Source of the DNA: Paramecium tetraurelia
Taxonomy: Eukaryota
Reading direction: 5' to 3'
Length of the DNA stretch: 64,000 nt
Assembly (NCBI GenBank): GCA_000165425.1
Contig: CT868319.1
Location: forward strand, 1-64,000
Part shown: positions 42,691 through 55,619 of the stretch, piece after piece
Layout: the number at the start of each line of letters is the position of its first letter
How positions within the stretch are numbered: the first letter of the stretch is position 1
The notes under the pieces: generated by a model
Seen by the model: the letters and a program-made list of their open reading frames with translations, nothing else
The model's database searches: none
What the model was told of the DNA's origin: nothing
Position numbers and translations under genes: made by a program

Positions 42691-43620
42691 CAAATTATAT
42701 AAATAACAAAACTTTTATAAAATATATTCTTAATCAAAAAGAACGTATTGAATTTCTAGAAATACATTTTTTATTGGGTAGCAATACTTGAAACCTGAAA
42801 ATTTCTGCTGCTTGAGATGACTGTAAAATAAGTGTAATCATCCTAGTTAGTTAAGTGGTGAATGGATTGCATTACTTACATAAGTGTATGATCATTTGCA
42901 AAGATATCAAATTGCATAGGATGAAAGTAAGATTATCTTAGAAGGAAAAATTTAAAATAATGATCTAGGCGTTTGTAAACATAAATAATAAAAGCTCGGA
43001 ATTCTAGATTGCTCAATAATAATTATAATGTCAGGAATCTCAATAATATATACTTAAACTAAATTAATAATGGATATTTGAATGGGAATAGCGCTAGTTC
43101 TTTAGATACTATAATTCAATCAAATTCAATAAGCGTATGGTATTTTGTGATTGATCGCTATATTAGAATTAAAAAGGAATAAGTTTATTATATTGTAAAA
43201 TGAAGAAATTAGAGATATTATATGATAGTGAAAATAAAATGAGTAAATAAATTTATTATAAAATGGAGTTTTGTTAGAATTTAATAAATTAAGAACAAAA
43301 AATAAACTCAGCCTTTGAAATTAGTTCAAAACATATTTATTTTATTTACAAAATTTACCAAATAACTACAAATAATTACAAACTATTTTTAATATTATTT
43401 TGACCATGAAGAACAACATTGAAATTAGAAACAATTTTCAGGGATCATGCAAATTCTCATCACTAAGGTTCCTATATATTAATTAAGAGTTTAACTTGAA
43501 ATTGGGTTAATTTACAGAATTTTAATAAATAAGATACGAATCTCTTAATTCTATTAAAAAAGTATTGAAAATGAATTGATAGAATTGAAAATATTCATTT
43601 CTAATATCATTTTTTGATTA

Positions 43621-45038
43621 ATGGAAACTGTTTAAATAATAGAGCCTGTTTAAATAATAGAGCCAGGTTATGCTGTCACGCATAAAGCTGTTAGTCAGTA
43701 CAGTGAAAGCTACAAATTGGGATACATTAATTATGGATGCCAAGGCATTAAAGAAGAGACTTGTGCTGTGAAAACCTATAAGTTAGAGAGCATGGTAATG
43801 TATAATTTCTAAAGTAGGAAGACTTTATTAACGCTTAAAGAGAGAAAGAAGTGCTGATGAGTCTGAACCATGAGAATATTGCCAAAACATACAAAATTAT
43901 TGAGAAGGACAATAAGATGTACATTTTTAGGGAATATGACGCGCAAATCACTTTGAAAACTATATTCGACAGATTATAAGCCACTTAATAAGTAATTGAT
44001 AAAAGTAAGAAGTTCAATTATCATAATAGAAAATATATTGAGTTTAGGAGCTTAAATGATCGATTGTCTCAATTACATGGAATCATTGTAGCTTACAAAT
44101 AGAGATTTGAATCCGAGCAATATTTTCCTTAGTTAGGAGATGAATTTTAAACTTTTTGATTTCGGATAATCCAGAATCATAGAAGAAGATGCAATCGGAC
44201 AATCTATGGTTGTTGGAGTTAATGAAGTATAGAATCTAAAAATATCTATAGTAATTTATGAGTCCTTAAATGTTGGAATTAGAAAAAGAGGGTGGTGTGA
44301 CTATAGAAATTAATTATTACAAAAGCGACATATGGAGTTTGGGCATGATTTTATATTATTTCGGAGAAAATTAATATCCATGGAGAAGAGATTTGAAAAA
44401 GAGTTAAGTAGAGTTGGAATTAGAAATTCAAAAGATGAAGGATCCTAATTATAAACTGTAATTCAGTAGAATTAAATGTCCTGATTTAAAACGTTTGATT
44501 TCAAGAATGTTGATTTATGATTAGAACAGGAGAGCATCTGCTATGCAATTACTAGAAGAGCCTTTCATAAAACCATTTGTGAAATAGCCATCTCCATAGG
44601 TATTCTCAAATTTACCATATAATTTAGATAAGTAAATTACAATTTTTATGCGAATTGACTTAAAAATTTAATGAAATGAATAAAGCATAAGACGTTGATG
44701 AAATGTATTAAGACTTAATTTTCAATCATTTAATAAGATATTTTAGTAAAAACAGGAAGTTAATCAATAGGAGATCTAAATTTTATAAGAGTTACAAATA
44801 ATTACTAGACTATCAGATGTTCAATAAAAAAGAGTTGTGGTTGACTTTTCGAATCAAATCTAAAACCAAAAGTTATCTTTTGAATTACATAAATGAATAT
44901 AAAAGAAAATCTACGTTAGATGATCGTTAACGATAAGAATTATTGTTATTGTTGTAGGCTATGGATACTGAGAAGTAATTCCCAAATAATCTTTAATAAT
45001 TAATTGAAGAAGTGGAGAATAATTATTTAGAAAATTGA
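43621..45038 (+). CDS. Divergent protein kinase (possible pseudokinase)
   Basis: CAVK, REKEVL, NRDLNPSN, DFG, FMSPQML, KSDIWSLG; no GxGxxG loop; four introns. Confidence 0.85.
43628..43663 (+). repeat. Perfect 18-bp in-frame tandem duplication
   Basis: ctgtttaaataatagagc twice, giving VQIIEP twice. Confidence 0.95.
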
Positions 45039-45242
45039 AACCTATAAATTTAACATTTATAAAACAATTACGTTAGTTTATATTAATTTCTTAACTTATA
45101 ATACTGCATCTCCAATTGAGCAAAGCATTTAAAAAGATATATAGTTCTAAGGTAGCCATTCTCCATGCAGTCTATAATTAAATAACTAATAAACATTAAT
45201 TTAAAATCAAAACAATATAAATCATCATAGAAAATCTATTCA

Positions 45243-46258
45243 TCAGATTTCGTTGTTGAGTTGTTAAGATATTTTGGATTGTTATTTTTATTTTTGAGTT
45301 TTAATCCTCTAAATCACACCCATAATGCTTCCTATTTTTAATTGATGAACTTTTAAGGGTTCATCAGGAATAATTAGTTTTTCCTTTCTCAACATCATTT
45401 CTAATTTTGTTGTTATGAGATTAGAACTTTTCTTTTTGACAAATTTGATTGCTGGCGTTGAGATCTTCCTATTGCTTTCAATAGATTATTATGACACACT
45501 TCTTAATTTCGCAATTCTATTCATAAACTCATCAATAGCTTATTTGCTACAATTGCTATCCTTCAGTCTTTAACGAATTCCTGTAATAATTGTTTGATTT
45601 TTGTCAGGTATATTCTTACGTAATGATTCGTTTAATTGTTCCATAGTACTCGCTTCAATTGAAGCCTGTTGTTTTGAATACAAATCTGCAGCACTTTGAT
45701 TGTTGGAGATGATTAACTCTATCCATAATGCACAACTTTACTCTTGTGTATGATTCTGTCTGGACTTTGAGAAATGAAAGTGTTTTGATCTTTAGGTGGC
45801 GATTGTTGCTATACTAGTGTTCTCTCCGTTATTGATTTAATCTAATAATGATTCAATTTTATTATTCTTGATTTCTTCTCATCTTTCTCCTGAGTTTTCT
45901 CTCTGTATGATATTATACGAGGTTAACTGTTGCTTGTTATTTTCTTTTACATTCGTTAATCCAACAATGCAATAATCTCATCTATATTCTCTGGCTCTGC
46001 GCAATCAATTGATTTATCTTTTAAATTCATTTTTGCTATTTCTTACTGCAATTTTTTTATGTTCATTACAATCGAATGTAAATATGAAAAATAATCTTAC
46101 TAGCATCTATTCGTAGTCATATACTCCAAGTAACTAATCTTCTCAAATGCCCTTTAACTTAAACCCAACCTATTCAAAGCAGTCTACGTTGCTTAAGAAT
46201 CAAAATCAATTTTTTATTCTAAAATTTGTTTCATTTCATGAATTGGCATTTTATTCAT
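45243..46258 (-). CDS. Hypothetical basic protein
   Basis: MNKMPIHEMKQILEQKIDFDS...; the frame closes correctly with one 23-nt intron. Confidence 0.65.
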
Positions 46259-46778
46259 ATTTTAATATTATTATTGTTATTATGCATAAATCTATAATGT
46301 GTTTACATCATAAAATAACCCATAATTTAGACTTGTAATCAAAGAATAGAATGCTTAACTAGAATATCTAGAAGTAAATACTTCTTTAATTTAACGATTC
46401 ACTAATTCCCACCTTAATTTCTAAATATTGATTTTAAATTCTTAAAAATTAACATTGTATATTAAGATATAAGATATTCATTATATGATCAAGATATATT
46501 GCTATATTTAATACAATTTCTTTATTCACGAATAAAATATGTGAGATGTATGAGTATTATCATAAAAAAGACAATACTCAGACAAAACTAATATTTAAAT
46601 AGTTATACAACTACTAAATTTGATTATCATATATGATATTTAAATATTTAAATAAACAGCTATTCTAATTGAAAAATCTCATTCTATATAATTCAAGAAC
46701 ATTAAATAATTAATTCTTATTATAATTTAAGTATAACAAATATTTTAATTATATAAAATAATTAATAGATTAATATCT

Positions 46779-49700
46779 TCAATTCATTGTATACTCCTAT
46801 CTCTCATGAGATGGTACCAATTATAATTTTGGTTTGATGTTCATTGCCAAAAGTTCTTAAAATAACAATTTACAACAATATGGCAATCTAATTTAATAAA
46901 CTTTATCTGTGTTACAACCTCTACAAACAGAATCACTCTTAAACATCCCACATATTTCACACACATACACATTAAATGGATCACTTGAAATCAATAATCT
47001 CTCTATTAATAAATTAGAAGCTCCATAAGCCAAAAAGCAATCTCTCTCCATCTCTCCAATACGTTGACCACCATCTTTGGCTCTTCCTTCGACAGGCTAA
47101 CGTGTAAGTTTCTCCATAGGACCTTTGGCTCTGGCATGAATCTTGTCGATGACCATATGCTTCAGTCTTTGATAGAAAATAGGTCCTTGATAGACATAGC
47201 ACTCCATGTATTCCCCAGTGATCCCAGAAATCAGACAGTCTTTTCCTTAATAATGAAATCCCCTTTTCAGTAATTCTTCCCCCACCTATAGGACATTCTC
47301 TCCCCCGAAGGCAGTTCCATATTTGAATTTGCCTTCCAAAGCTCCCAATTTACCACACAATAGTTCCATTAATTTAGCAATTGTCATTCTTGATGGATAA
47401 CCATGAGGATTCATGATGAGATCAGGACACCATCCTCTTTCATTGAAGGGCATGTCTTCCTAATTAACAATGAGACCAACGACACCCTTTTGACCATGAC
47501 GACTTGAGAACTTATCTCCAAACTCAGGTCTTCTGATTTACCTGAAGATTGTCTTGATAGTTTTGATTTTCTCAGTTCCATCATTGGTATTATTAATAAT
47601 CAAGACTCTATCTACAGTATATGGCCATTTTTCTTTGAATACAGAGGGAGTGTCTGCAATTTATATATTTTCAGTTTACGGATTATCTGGAACTTGAGGT
47701 GTCTTTTTATTCACATAAATATCTCCATGATGCAATTGGGCTCCCACCTTAGTAATGCCATCATTGTCTAAAGCATGGTATTTCTTGATAAACTTCTTTT
47801 TGGTATTATGGGTTTTGGTTGGTGGTTCATCAATTCTCTCATTGAATCTGCTTTCCTTATTCCTTTGATTGATTTCACATTCAGTCACTGATTTTTTATA
47901 GACTGCAGTTCTGCCGAATCCTCTATCCAGTGAAGACTTATTCATAATCAAAGCATCTTCGATATCATAACATGAATAACTCATCACTGCTACTTAAGCA
48001 TTGTGTCCAGCTGGCAATCTGTGTTAGTTGACAGCTTCCATGGACACCGTACGAACTAAAGGAGTCTGTGGGTATATTAATTGATACAATTAAGTATCAC
48101 ATCTGATTTATGTATTCATTCCAATAATACCTAGAGATTGTTTACCCATCTGACATTAAAAAGTATTACGAGCACTCTGATTGTGATGTGGAAATGGTAC
48201 TAAACCAGTCACACAACTAAGGATGGTCATTTAATCTATTTCCAAATGAGTAGTCTCCATGGTCACATCATTGATAGTCAATGCAATAAATGCATTATCA
48301 GATTCATTAACATCCAGATATTCGATCTTCCCATTTTTCACAAAACTAGAAAACACTGTTTTGGCATCATTCTACTTGAAATCAATCATGTCAATTTAAA
48401 TTAATTGAGGTTTGCCATCTTTGACAAGAATCAATGGTCTGACTAATCTACCACTATCACCAGAGATGTTTACTACTTTCCTTAAATCATCCTTGTGAAT
48501 TGAAACAAATTCATTAATCTTTCCTCTCCTTCTTAAGATTCTTAATTGATCAACAAATTCCTGTGGTCTAGCATGCATTCCCACTATAATACCATTTAAG
48601 TACACTATGTAATTCTTATGAAATTCACTTGGTTTAAAATGACATATATCTTCTACACCCATAGACAATATAATCTTATAAACACTATCTTAGATATCCT
48701 CCTAGGTGATGTGTGTCAATAAAGCCAACGTCTTAACTAGACCACAATCCTCACCATCAGGAGTATCTGCAGGACAAATCATACCAAATTGAGATCCCAC
48801 CAAGGCTCTTGGCCCACTTACTTTAAGTGTCTTTTACACCTGACTTCTCATTTTGGTAAGCATACCTAAAGCAGATGTATATGATATTCTGGCTAATAAT
48901 TATGTAACTCCTTGTCTATCCATGTGAAATCTTTGTATTGTCCATTTTCCAGTTTTGATAGCTCTATTCAATCCCTTTGTGATATCAACTCCAAATTCCT
49001 TCATTTTCATAGTGACATCTTTAGGAGTGAATTTGCAATTGGCTTTGCCTAATTCCTTTTTGAGAATGCTTGATATAGTTGAGTTTAATCCTTTGAATAA
49101 ATCTTCGAACAACAATTCAAGAAGATTGCCTGCACATCTCATTCTTTTATTTCCATAGTAATCTTTATCATCAACAAATCGCTTGTCTTCCATTGCCAAT
49201 ATCAATCTTCTGACCATTTATCCTAGATATATTGCCTTGGGATAGAAATCATATTTTTTGCAATTGACATGAGCCAGAAAGACTTGGGCTAGTTTCTCTC
49301 TGGCTTGATCTGCTAGATTGGATGATTGACCACCGAATTTACTGGTAATTAACTTTCCAATATATTATAATGCATCCAATTGTGTTTTTATTTTTTCATC
49401 AGAGGAATCCTAAAAACTCATTAACAATTTCTCCACGATGCTTGGTTCAGTTCCAATCAATTCAATGATCTCTTTATCATTAACGATGCCTAAAGCCTTG
49501 AAAACGATAAAGAGAGGAGCATCTTTGAAACTTGAAGATTTCACATAAAATTTATTCTTTTTTAAAATAATCGATGCTTTGGATTTAGTTTCCAATTGAT
49601 AAGATTGAACTGTCGACACATACTAATCTGTCTTATTGTCGACATCAACTATGATTCTATTATCTACGACTTGTTCTAGTATGAGAATGACCTTCTCATT

Positions 49701-50256
49701 GCCTTCAATGATAAAATATCCTAAAAGTCTATAGAATGACATCCTTACCTTTTGGATCGTATGGACATTCTCCATATTAGAAAATCTCAGCCTCGGTCTT
49801 GCCTGATAAATTGCACTTCTTTGATCCCAACATTATTGGCATGCGTCCAATTAAAACATCTTTCTCTTCGATTGGCTCTCTGCCCTTCATATGAATACGC
49901 ACATTCACACTATTTAGATTGTAACATTGCTTACTAGATATCTCCTGCGTAAGTCTAATCGTTCAATCTACATTCGTGAGGATACAGGAGACTTTTCAAG
50001 GAGTACTTATCCCAACTGCTGGTGAATGTTGGATTTTCGACTCTGATTGATAAGTACCTATGGGATCATAATGGGAAGTATGTTACTCCAAAAGGAAGGA
50101 TGAATCACTCTCACAAGTAATCCTCTGATTCAAGGGTGACTTCACTATCTATTCTAGACGCTATTCAATGAAGTAATTGAAAGAATCAATGTGTTGTTTC
50201 TGTAATCCACGAAAAGACAAATACGAAGTGATTAGTTTATCCTTCTCTGAAATCAT
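46779..50256 (-). CDS. RPC2: RNA polymerase III second-largest subunit
   Basis: [114 protein letters not shown]; two 5' introns. Confidence 0.95.
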
Positions 50257-50270
50257 TAATTTTATTAATT

Positions 50271-50837
50271 ATGGGTGACAATAATCCCAACAATTCAGAT
50301 GGAATGCAATTATTGAAGACTCTCCTCACTGCAGATGTACCCTAGGAAGGCTCTGTTATGCAAGCTATTCGAAATGTATTATGGTTTCTAATCAAAGAAA
50401 GTCAATTCATTGCTCAATAACAAATAATAGATATCCATCTTATAAGAATTACAATAGGCGTATGAATCATAATCTAATATCATCTTAGAAATCTTGATAA
50501 CGAATTCAAGGAGATGAATGACAATACACTCATGGGACTAAATGCCATCTATTTTTCATCTGTCGTCCTCACATAATTTATGTTCACCAGAAAGGTCAGC
50601 AAAGTCGTTTTCCTTCTCAGTTGTGCTTACTTCAATTTCTACATCATCCAACCCATCGAGATCGAATACAAACTACGCAAATTGGCATTGCAAAATACTC
50701 TTGCAGGACAGGAAGTCAGAAATCTGTACAGATTCTACTTTAAGGATCATGAATTTACTAGGGAGATGACAGAAAAGTGCAAATTGTATGCATAGGCTGA
50801 TGAAATTAAAAAATAAATTTATTCCAGAAAATTGTGA
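50271..50837 (+). CDS. Small membrane protein of unknown function
   Basis: MGDNNPNNSDGMQLLKTLL..., two canonical introns, two hydrophobic segments, TGA at 50835-50837; alternative start 50304. Confidence 0.75.
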
Positions 50838-51039
50838 TGTTGACTATTCTCGTGTCTTTATATTTTGACTTCATTTATAAAGATGGTAGAATTAGCCAAT
50901 TTATTTACGACCACTCAAAAGGCGTTCCATATCGATATTTCAATATGAAATTCCTCGAATCGATCTACATTCATTCATTTTTGTTCTATATTTATATATT
51001 TTATAATGTGACATCATTCTATTATGGTTTATAATTATA

Positions 51040-52953
51040 ATGTCTAACAAAGTCTTACTTGCGGATTACAATAATCATGGTAATCAGCAATTCGAGTATC
51101 CTGAACAAGACATCTATTACACAGGTACATAAGAGTGTCCATTATTTGAGGTCGTAAATTGAATCAAGATTTGAAACATGGACCCTTAGAACAAAGAGGC
51201 TGCCAAGACATCCTGTGTGTGATACTCTATTTGTCAGTTTGGGCCTTAATGATATTTTGCGCAATCAATTCGTGGGAAGCAGGAGATGCCTCCAAAATAT
51301 ATTTGCCATACGACAGTGTAAACTAAAGCCATAATAATAGTAATAAAGACAATGCGGAAGAGGCGATCTCAAAAGTTACTCCAACATCTACATCATAAGC
51401 TAGACGGAATCATATTGCGTCTCGGAATGTCCTGGAGAAAGTGGAGTTGGCAAAGAACTTCCATGCTATCAATGTTCTGCCCAAACAGCTCCCTATGCTA
51501 GTGCCTAATTGCTTACTCTGTGCTTCCCCACTCTCAAGGTCGACGAGAAATATAAAGAGTTGATAACCAATATTGTCGATATAAGCGGATTCCAAAGACA
51601 TTATGCAGACATCGAAGAAACATGGCCAATCATTTTGGCTTGTGCTGGAATTGCATTTTTTATGGCTATCATACTAACGTTTTTGATTAGATTGGCAGCA
51701 GGATGTATAGTGTGGGGAATGATCTTGATTTATTTATTGATCTTGGGATCTATCGGAACAGTAGCATTCTTACAATCCAAAGGACATTATTAAGAGTATA
51801 GAGTTCTGGATGATGCTCAATAATTGGAAATCATCGCCTATGTATTTTGGAGTATCGGACTCTTGTCACTCTTGATAATTTTGTGTTTGGCCAAAAAGAT
51901 TTCATAGGCTATTCAAGTTTTGAAAACAGCTGCTGATTTCACAAGAGAAGAGTGGCAGGCTCTATTTGTTCCTGTCGTTATTCTCATCTTAGTGTTGGCA
52001 TTCTTCGCCTATTGGATAATCTTCTCAGCCATCATATATTCAACCTCAAGTGATATAAGCAAGAGTTAATACAGTCCTTATGTGGAATTACAATGGGATG
52101 CAAAGACAGGTTGGCAATTGTGTCTTTACTTTTTCGCCTTGATCTGGAATGTTTGTTTCTCATTGGCTCTTTGTCAATTTGTGATAAGCAGTTGCTGTTG
52201 CTTCTGGTATTACAGTCATCAAGGTTATCCATTGAGTAGCAGTATCCTAAAGAGTTTTTGTCGTGGATTCACTACTAATTTCGGTAGTCTCTTGTTTGGT
52301 TCCTTGATTTTGGCTATCGTTTGGACAATTAAGTTTGTGTTGGAGTTTTTGCATGTAATTTCAAGATTTAAATCAATAGAAACAATTAAAATAATCAGTG
52401 CAAGGTGACAATAATGCCATTGGATATGCTTTAAGATGTGCCAAATACTATGTCTCATGTTTCGAGAAGTTCATAAGATTTTTGAATCAAAATGCTTATA
52501 CTATGATGGCTTTAACAGGGTAGAGTTTTTGCAATTCTGCTTACGATGCCTTCTATCTGATCCTGAGAAATGCTACTCGTGTAGCCATCACTCATGGATG
52601 TATGAATCAATTTCATTCTAATTCTAGTGGGTGAACTTTTTGAATTTTTGGGTGCTGTATTTATTTCAGCCTCCTCCTCCTTCATTTGCTACCTAATCAT
52701 CACCAAGGCTGAAGCCTACAAAAATAATATCTTCAATCCAGTTGCTCCCACTTTGGTATGTATTATTGTTCATTACTTTTAGGCTTTCATCTTGGTCTCA
52801 TATATGATTGGCAAGATGTTCATGAATTTATATGGAATGGGAGTTGACACTTTGTTGTTGTGTTTCATTGTAGATACTGAGATGAACAAAAACGAAGGAG
52901 GTGCTAAGTCAGTCCCACATTCCCTTAAATAATATGCTTCAGAATTAAATTGA
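51040..52953 (+). CDS. Choline transporter-like protein (CTL/SLC44/PNS1 family)
   Basis: GPLEQRGCQDILC, PYD, AIQVLKTAADF, NFGSLLFGSLILAI, CFEKFIRFLNQNAY..ALTG.SFC.SA, VDTLLLCFIVD; about five introns. Confidence 0.93.
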
Positions 52954-52981
52954 ATTTTATAAGCCATAATTATATACACCC

Positions 52982-53320
52982 TCAGATTTCCTTGAAACTC
53001 ACAGGATCAACAGAGAATTCGATTTCAAAGGCCGTAGGCTTAAATCTCTCATTATAAATCAATTGGAATCTTGGCTGTCTGATTGGGAACATCTTGTAAG
53101 CATAAAGTGAATGCACATTGTAGCCCTTCTCCTTCGTCTCCTATGTAATCACTCTCAATGTGTTCAGATAATGTTTATAGCAATTGTTTGCGCATTTGTT
53201 CTACAACATCGAACCATCAAAACATGTTTCAAAGCACAACGCCACTAAATCCAGCATTATTCAAAAATACCCTACTTTCTGGATGTCATCAATTAATTCT
53301 TTCCTTTCCTCATTATTCAT
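52982..53320 (-). CDS. Twin-CX3C small Tim-like protein with C-terminal extension; 5' structure ambiguous
   Basis: VALCFETCFDGSMLQNKCANNCYKHYL...; start is 53320 (in-frame TGA at 53261-53263), 53313 with a 26-nt intron, or 53257. Confidence 0.7.
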
Positions 53321-53361
53321 TTTTATAAGAGTTTTAAAATAAATATAATAACAAAAATTAA

Positions 53362-53764
53362 TCACTCCTTCTCTTTCTATTCAAGTTTCTCACTCAATTC
53401 CAGTATCACATTGTCTCTCATTTCAATTTCATCTTACAAATTACTGAATTATGCTTCGATTGCTGCTATTCGTTCCCTCAACTTAAAATACTCTTTCAAA
53501 TATTATTACTATATCATTCTCTTCAAAACAATGCTTCAATATGATTTTATGCAATTTCAGTTATTGAATAAGTGTCTATTTGTCCACGTTCTCCAATTAC
53601 AACTCATCCAATGAATTTTTCACATTGTTAATTTCTGTGTTTGTAGGTACAAATTGTTTTTCAGCATTTGCACTCTTCTCCACTTTCTCCCCAAGTGTTG
53701 CTGATAGTCTATCCCCCTTGTTCACTTAAGTTACATTAGAAAAAGGTATTCTCGCAGTAGCCAT
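53362..53764 (-). CDS. 124-aa protein with D-box-like N-terminus and C-terminal coiled coil
   Basis: MATARIPFSNVTQ...ILKHCFEENDILRERIAAIEAQFSNLQDEIEMRDNVILELSEKLE; 28-nt intron at 53482-53509. Confidence 0.75.
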
Positions 53765-53792
53765 TTTAATTTATATTATTAATAATTGTTAA

Positions 53793-53829
53793 TTTTAAAC
53801 CCGCGTTTTCCATTCATTAATGTCCCGCT
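53793..53829 (-). promoter_or_regulatory. CGCGGG-TTTAAA element plus a second GCGGGA core
   Basis: Minus strand reads agcggga...cgcgggtttaaaa; the GCGGGTTTAAA core ends 29 nt before the ATG at 53764. Confidence 0.5.
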
Positions 53830-53911
53830 AATTCATTTCCTTAATATTTGTAATAACATTCCGACACCCTTCAATTCCAAATTGTCATAATATTAGAATA
53901 AATAATAAATA

Positions 53912-54912
53912 TCATTATTGAGGCAGTGAGTCTATCTCTTCCTAGAGGATGTTTTGCACACATTTTGGATATTCGTAATTTTTATATCCCCGAAATAGTG
54001 GAGTATATTCTTTCTAATTGAAATCATATCATTAAACATATATACTAAATATGCCAAGATGTTTTTAGCCATCTGATCCTTCTTTATTGTGAACGAGGGA
54101 ATTATCAAATCTGGCATTGTAGGCACATTTTCCCTATTATACACTCTCAACTTATGCTCTTCGGGATCCATCCTTCCATTCCCCTTTGATATCTTATTTT
54201 TCGATGTGATGTTCAAAATGGGAGGCTTCTTCTTAAATTTCTCATTATATATCATGTTATATTACTGCAAACAACACTGGGTTTTATCTTTTTTCATACA
54301 TCCTTTGAAGTGTGTGATCGTAGATCTATTCTCTCTTTTTTACTGCCTCAGAATATGAAACCTTCTCGCTGATTGATATCGGTTACTGAGCTTCGACTCT
54401 TGGTTCCTCAGATAGCAAGTCTTATTCATCCTCTTCTTGCTCTTACTCTGGCTCTTATTAATCAATTATCTAGGGGTTTGTCATAAAATCTATGGCTCTT
54501 TTTTGATCCTCCTCTTACTCGTTTAATCTCTGCATCTCTTGTTGTTCTCGCTGCAATTTCTCTTGTCTCTCCCTCTCCATCAATCTGCGATAAGCCTTAA
54601 TTTTCTTGTCTATCTATTTGATTGCTTCAGGTACGGGAATTGGTTTTGGAACATACTAAAAAGAGTTAAATTTTATATTAATTACTGGATGAGCATACTG
54701 GATAGATGGCTGAGGAAGTGTAATCATCTCCTAAGTTGCCTTTGGTTTTCGACTTTCTTGATAAACAAATTGGATTACAAAAACCGTTATGCATTTCTCA
54801 TCTGAGCAGGCTACTCACTTTCTTCCTTGTCGTTCAGAAACCTTGTTTTCTAATTTTAAGATTTAGCCTTGCCTTCATTTTTCTGTTTTTTTGTAATGAA
54901 CTTTTCTGACAT
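53912..54912 (-). CDS. Hypothetical protein
   Basis: MSEKFITKKQKNEGK...; acidic QEPEQEQEEDE patch; several introns; exon structure inferred. Confidence 0.6.
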
Positions 54913-54959
54913 TTATTAGTTATTTTTAATATATAAATTATGTAATTTTAATTTTCAAT

Positions 54960-55313
54960 ATTTTTAGAACAATGCCCAAAAATTTAGTATTCCAAAGCGA
55001 TCCTATTGATGATATCATCTAATATTCACAGTTTTACATTCTCTATATGTTCCATGCTATCATTTTTATTTGTTTTTTAATTTAACTCTTGCTTTGAGTT
55101 ATTTCTTAAATCTAATTTATCCAATTCAACTATATCAATTCCATCAAGCACTCTGAATTATAGTAATTGTGATATTAAATCACCAAGTATTTAAGAAATT
55201 TGAGAAAAAGTGACATTTTTTGAGTATTCTTATAATGGAATGTGTAAACAACATCTAATAACATTATGATTGATATGATTTCATAAGTCCAATATTCTTT
55301 CAAGAACAGACAT
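54960..55313 (-). pseudogene. Probable pseudogene fragment
   Basis: One protein-like frame MSVLERILDL*NHINHNVIRCCLHIPL...ENVKL*ILDDIINRIALEY with TGAs at 55281-55283 and 55026-55028. Confidence 0.35.
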
Positions 55314-55619
55314 AAATTATATTAATTGAGTAATTGATTAATTTATCATATAGAGTTATTATTTAATATAATTTCTTTGTTAAAATCGAAATCATTTATA
55401 ATGGTACACATTTTTAAAGATTTTATAATATCTCTCTAAGAGTTATTTAGTGTGGAGACTCACTTTAGAAATAGTTGCTTGTACATAATATGTTGGAAAT
55501 CTATAGATGAGGATATGGACTAAATTGTTTATTAAGATGTCTACAAATATAGATTGAATAGTAAAATACACATCTGCTCTATATAAATACTATATTATTG
55601 CATAATCAAAATCATAAAC

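Noticed and set aside
42720..43600. Gene-sized gap with protein-like fragments
   Set aside because: No continuous frame or identifiable family.
50834..51034. 66-aa track ORF between two genes
   Set aside because: Overlaps the upstream stop, begins at a non-ATG codon, no motif; likely spurious.
52982..53250. Cys-rich ORF first suspected to be a 2Fe-2S ferredoxin or selenoprotein
   Set aside because: Cys spacing is twin CX3C, and there is no room or evidence for a SECIS.
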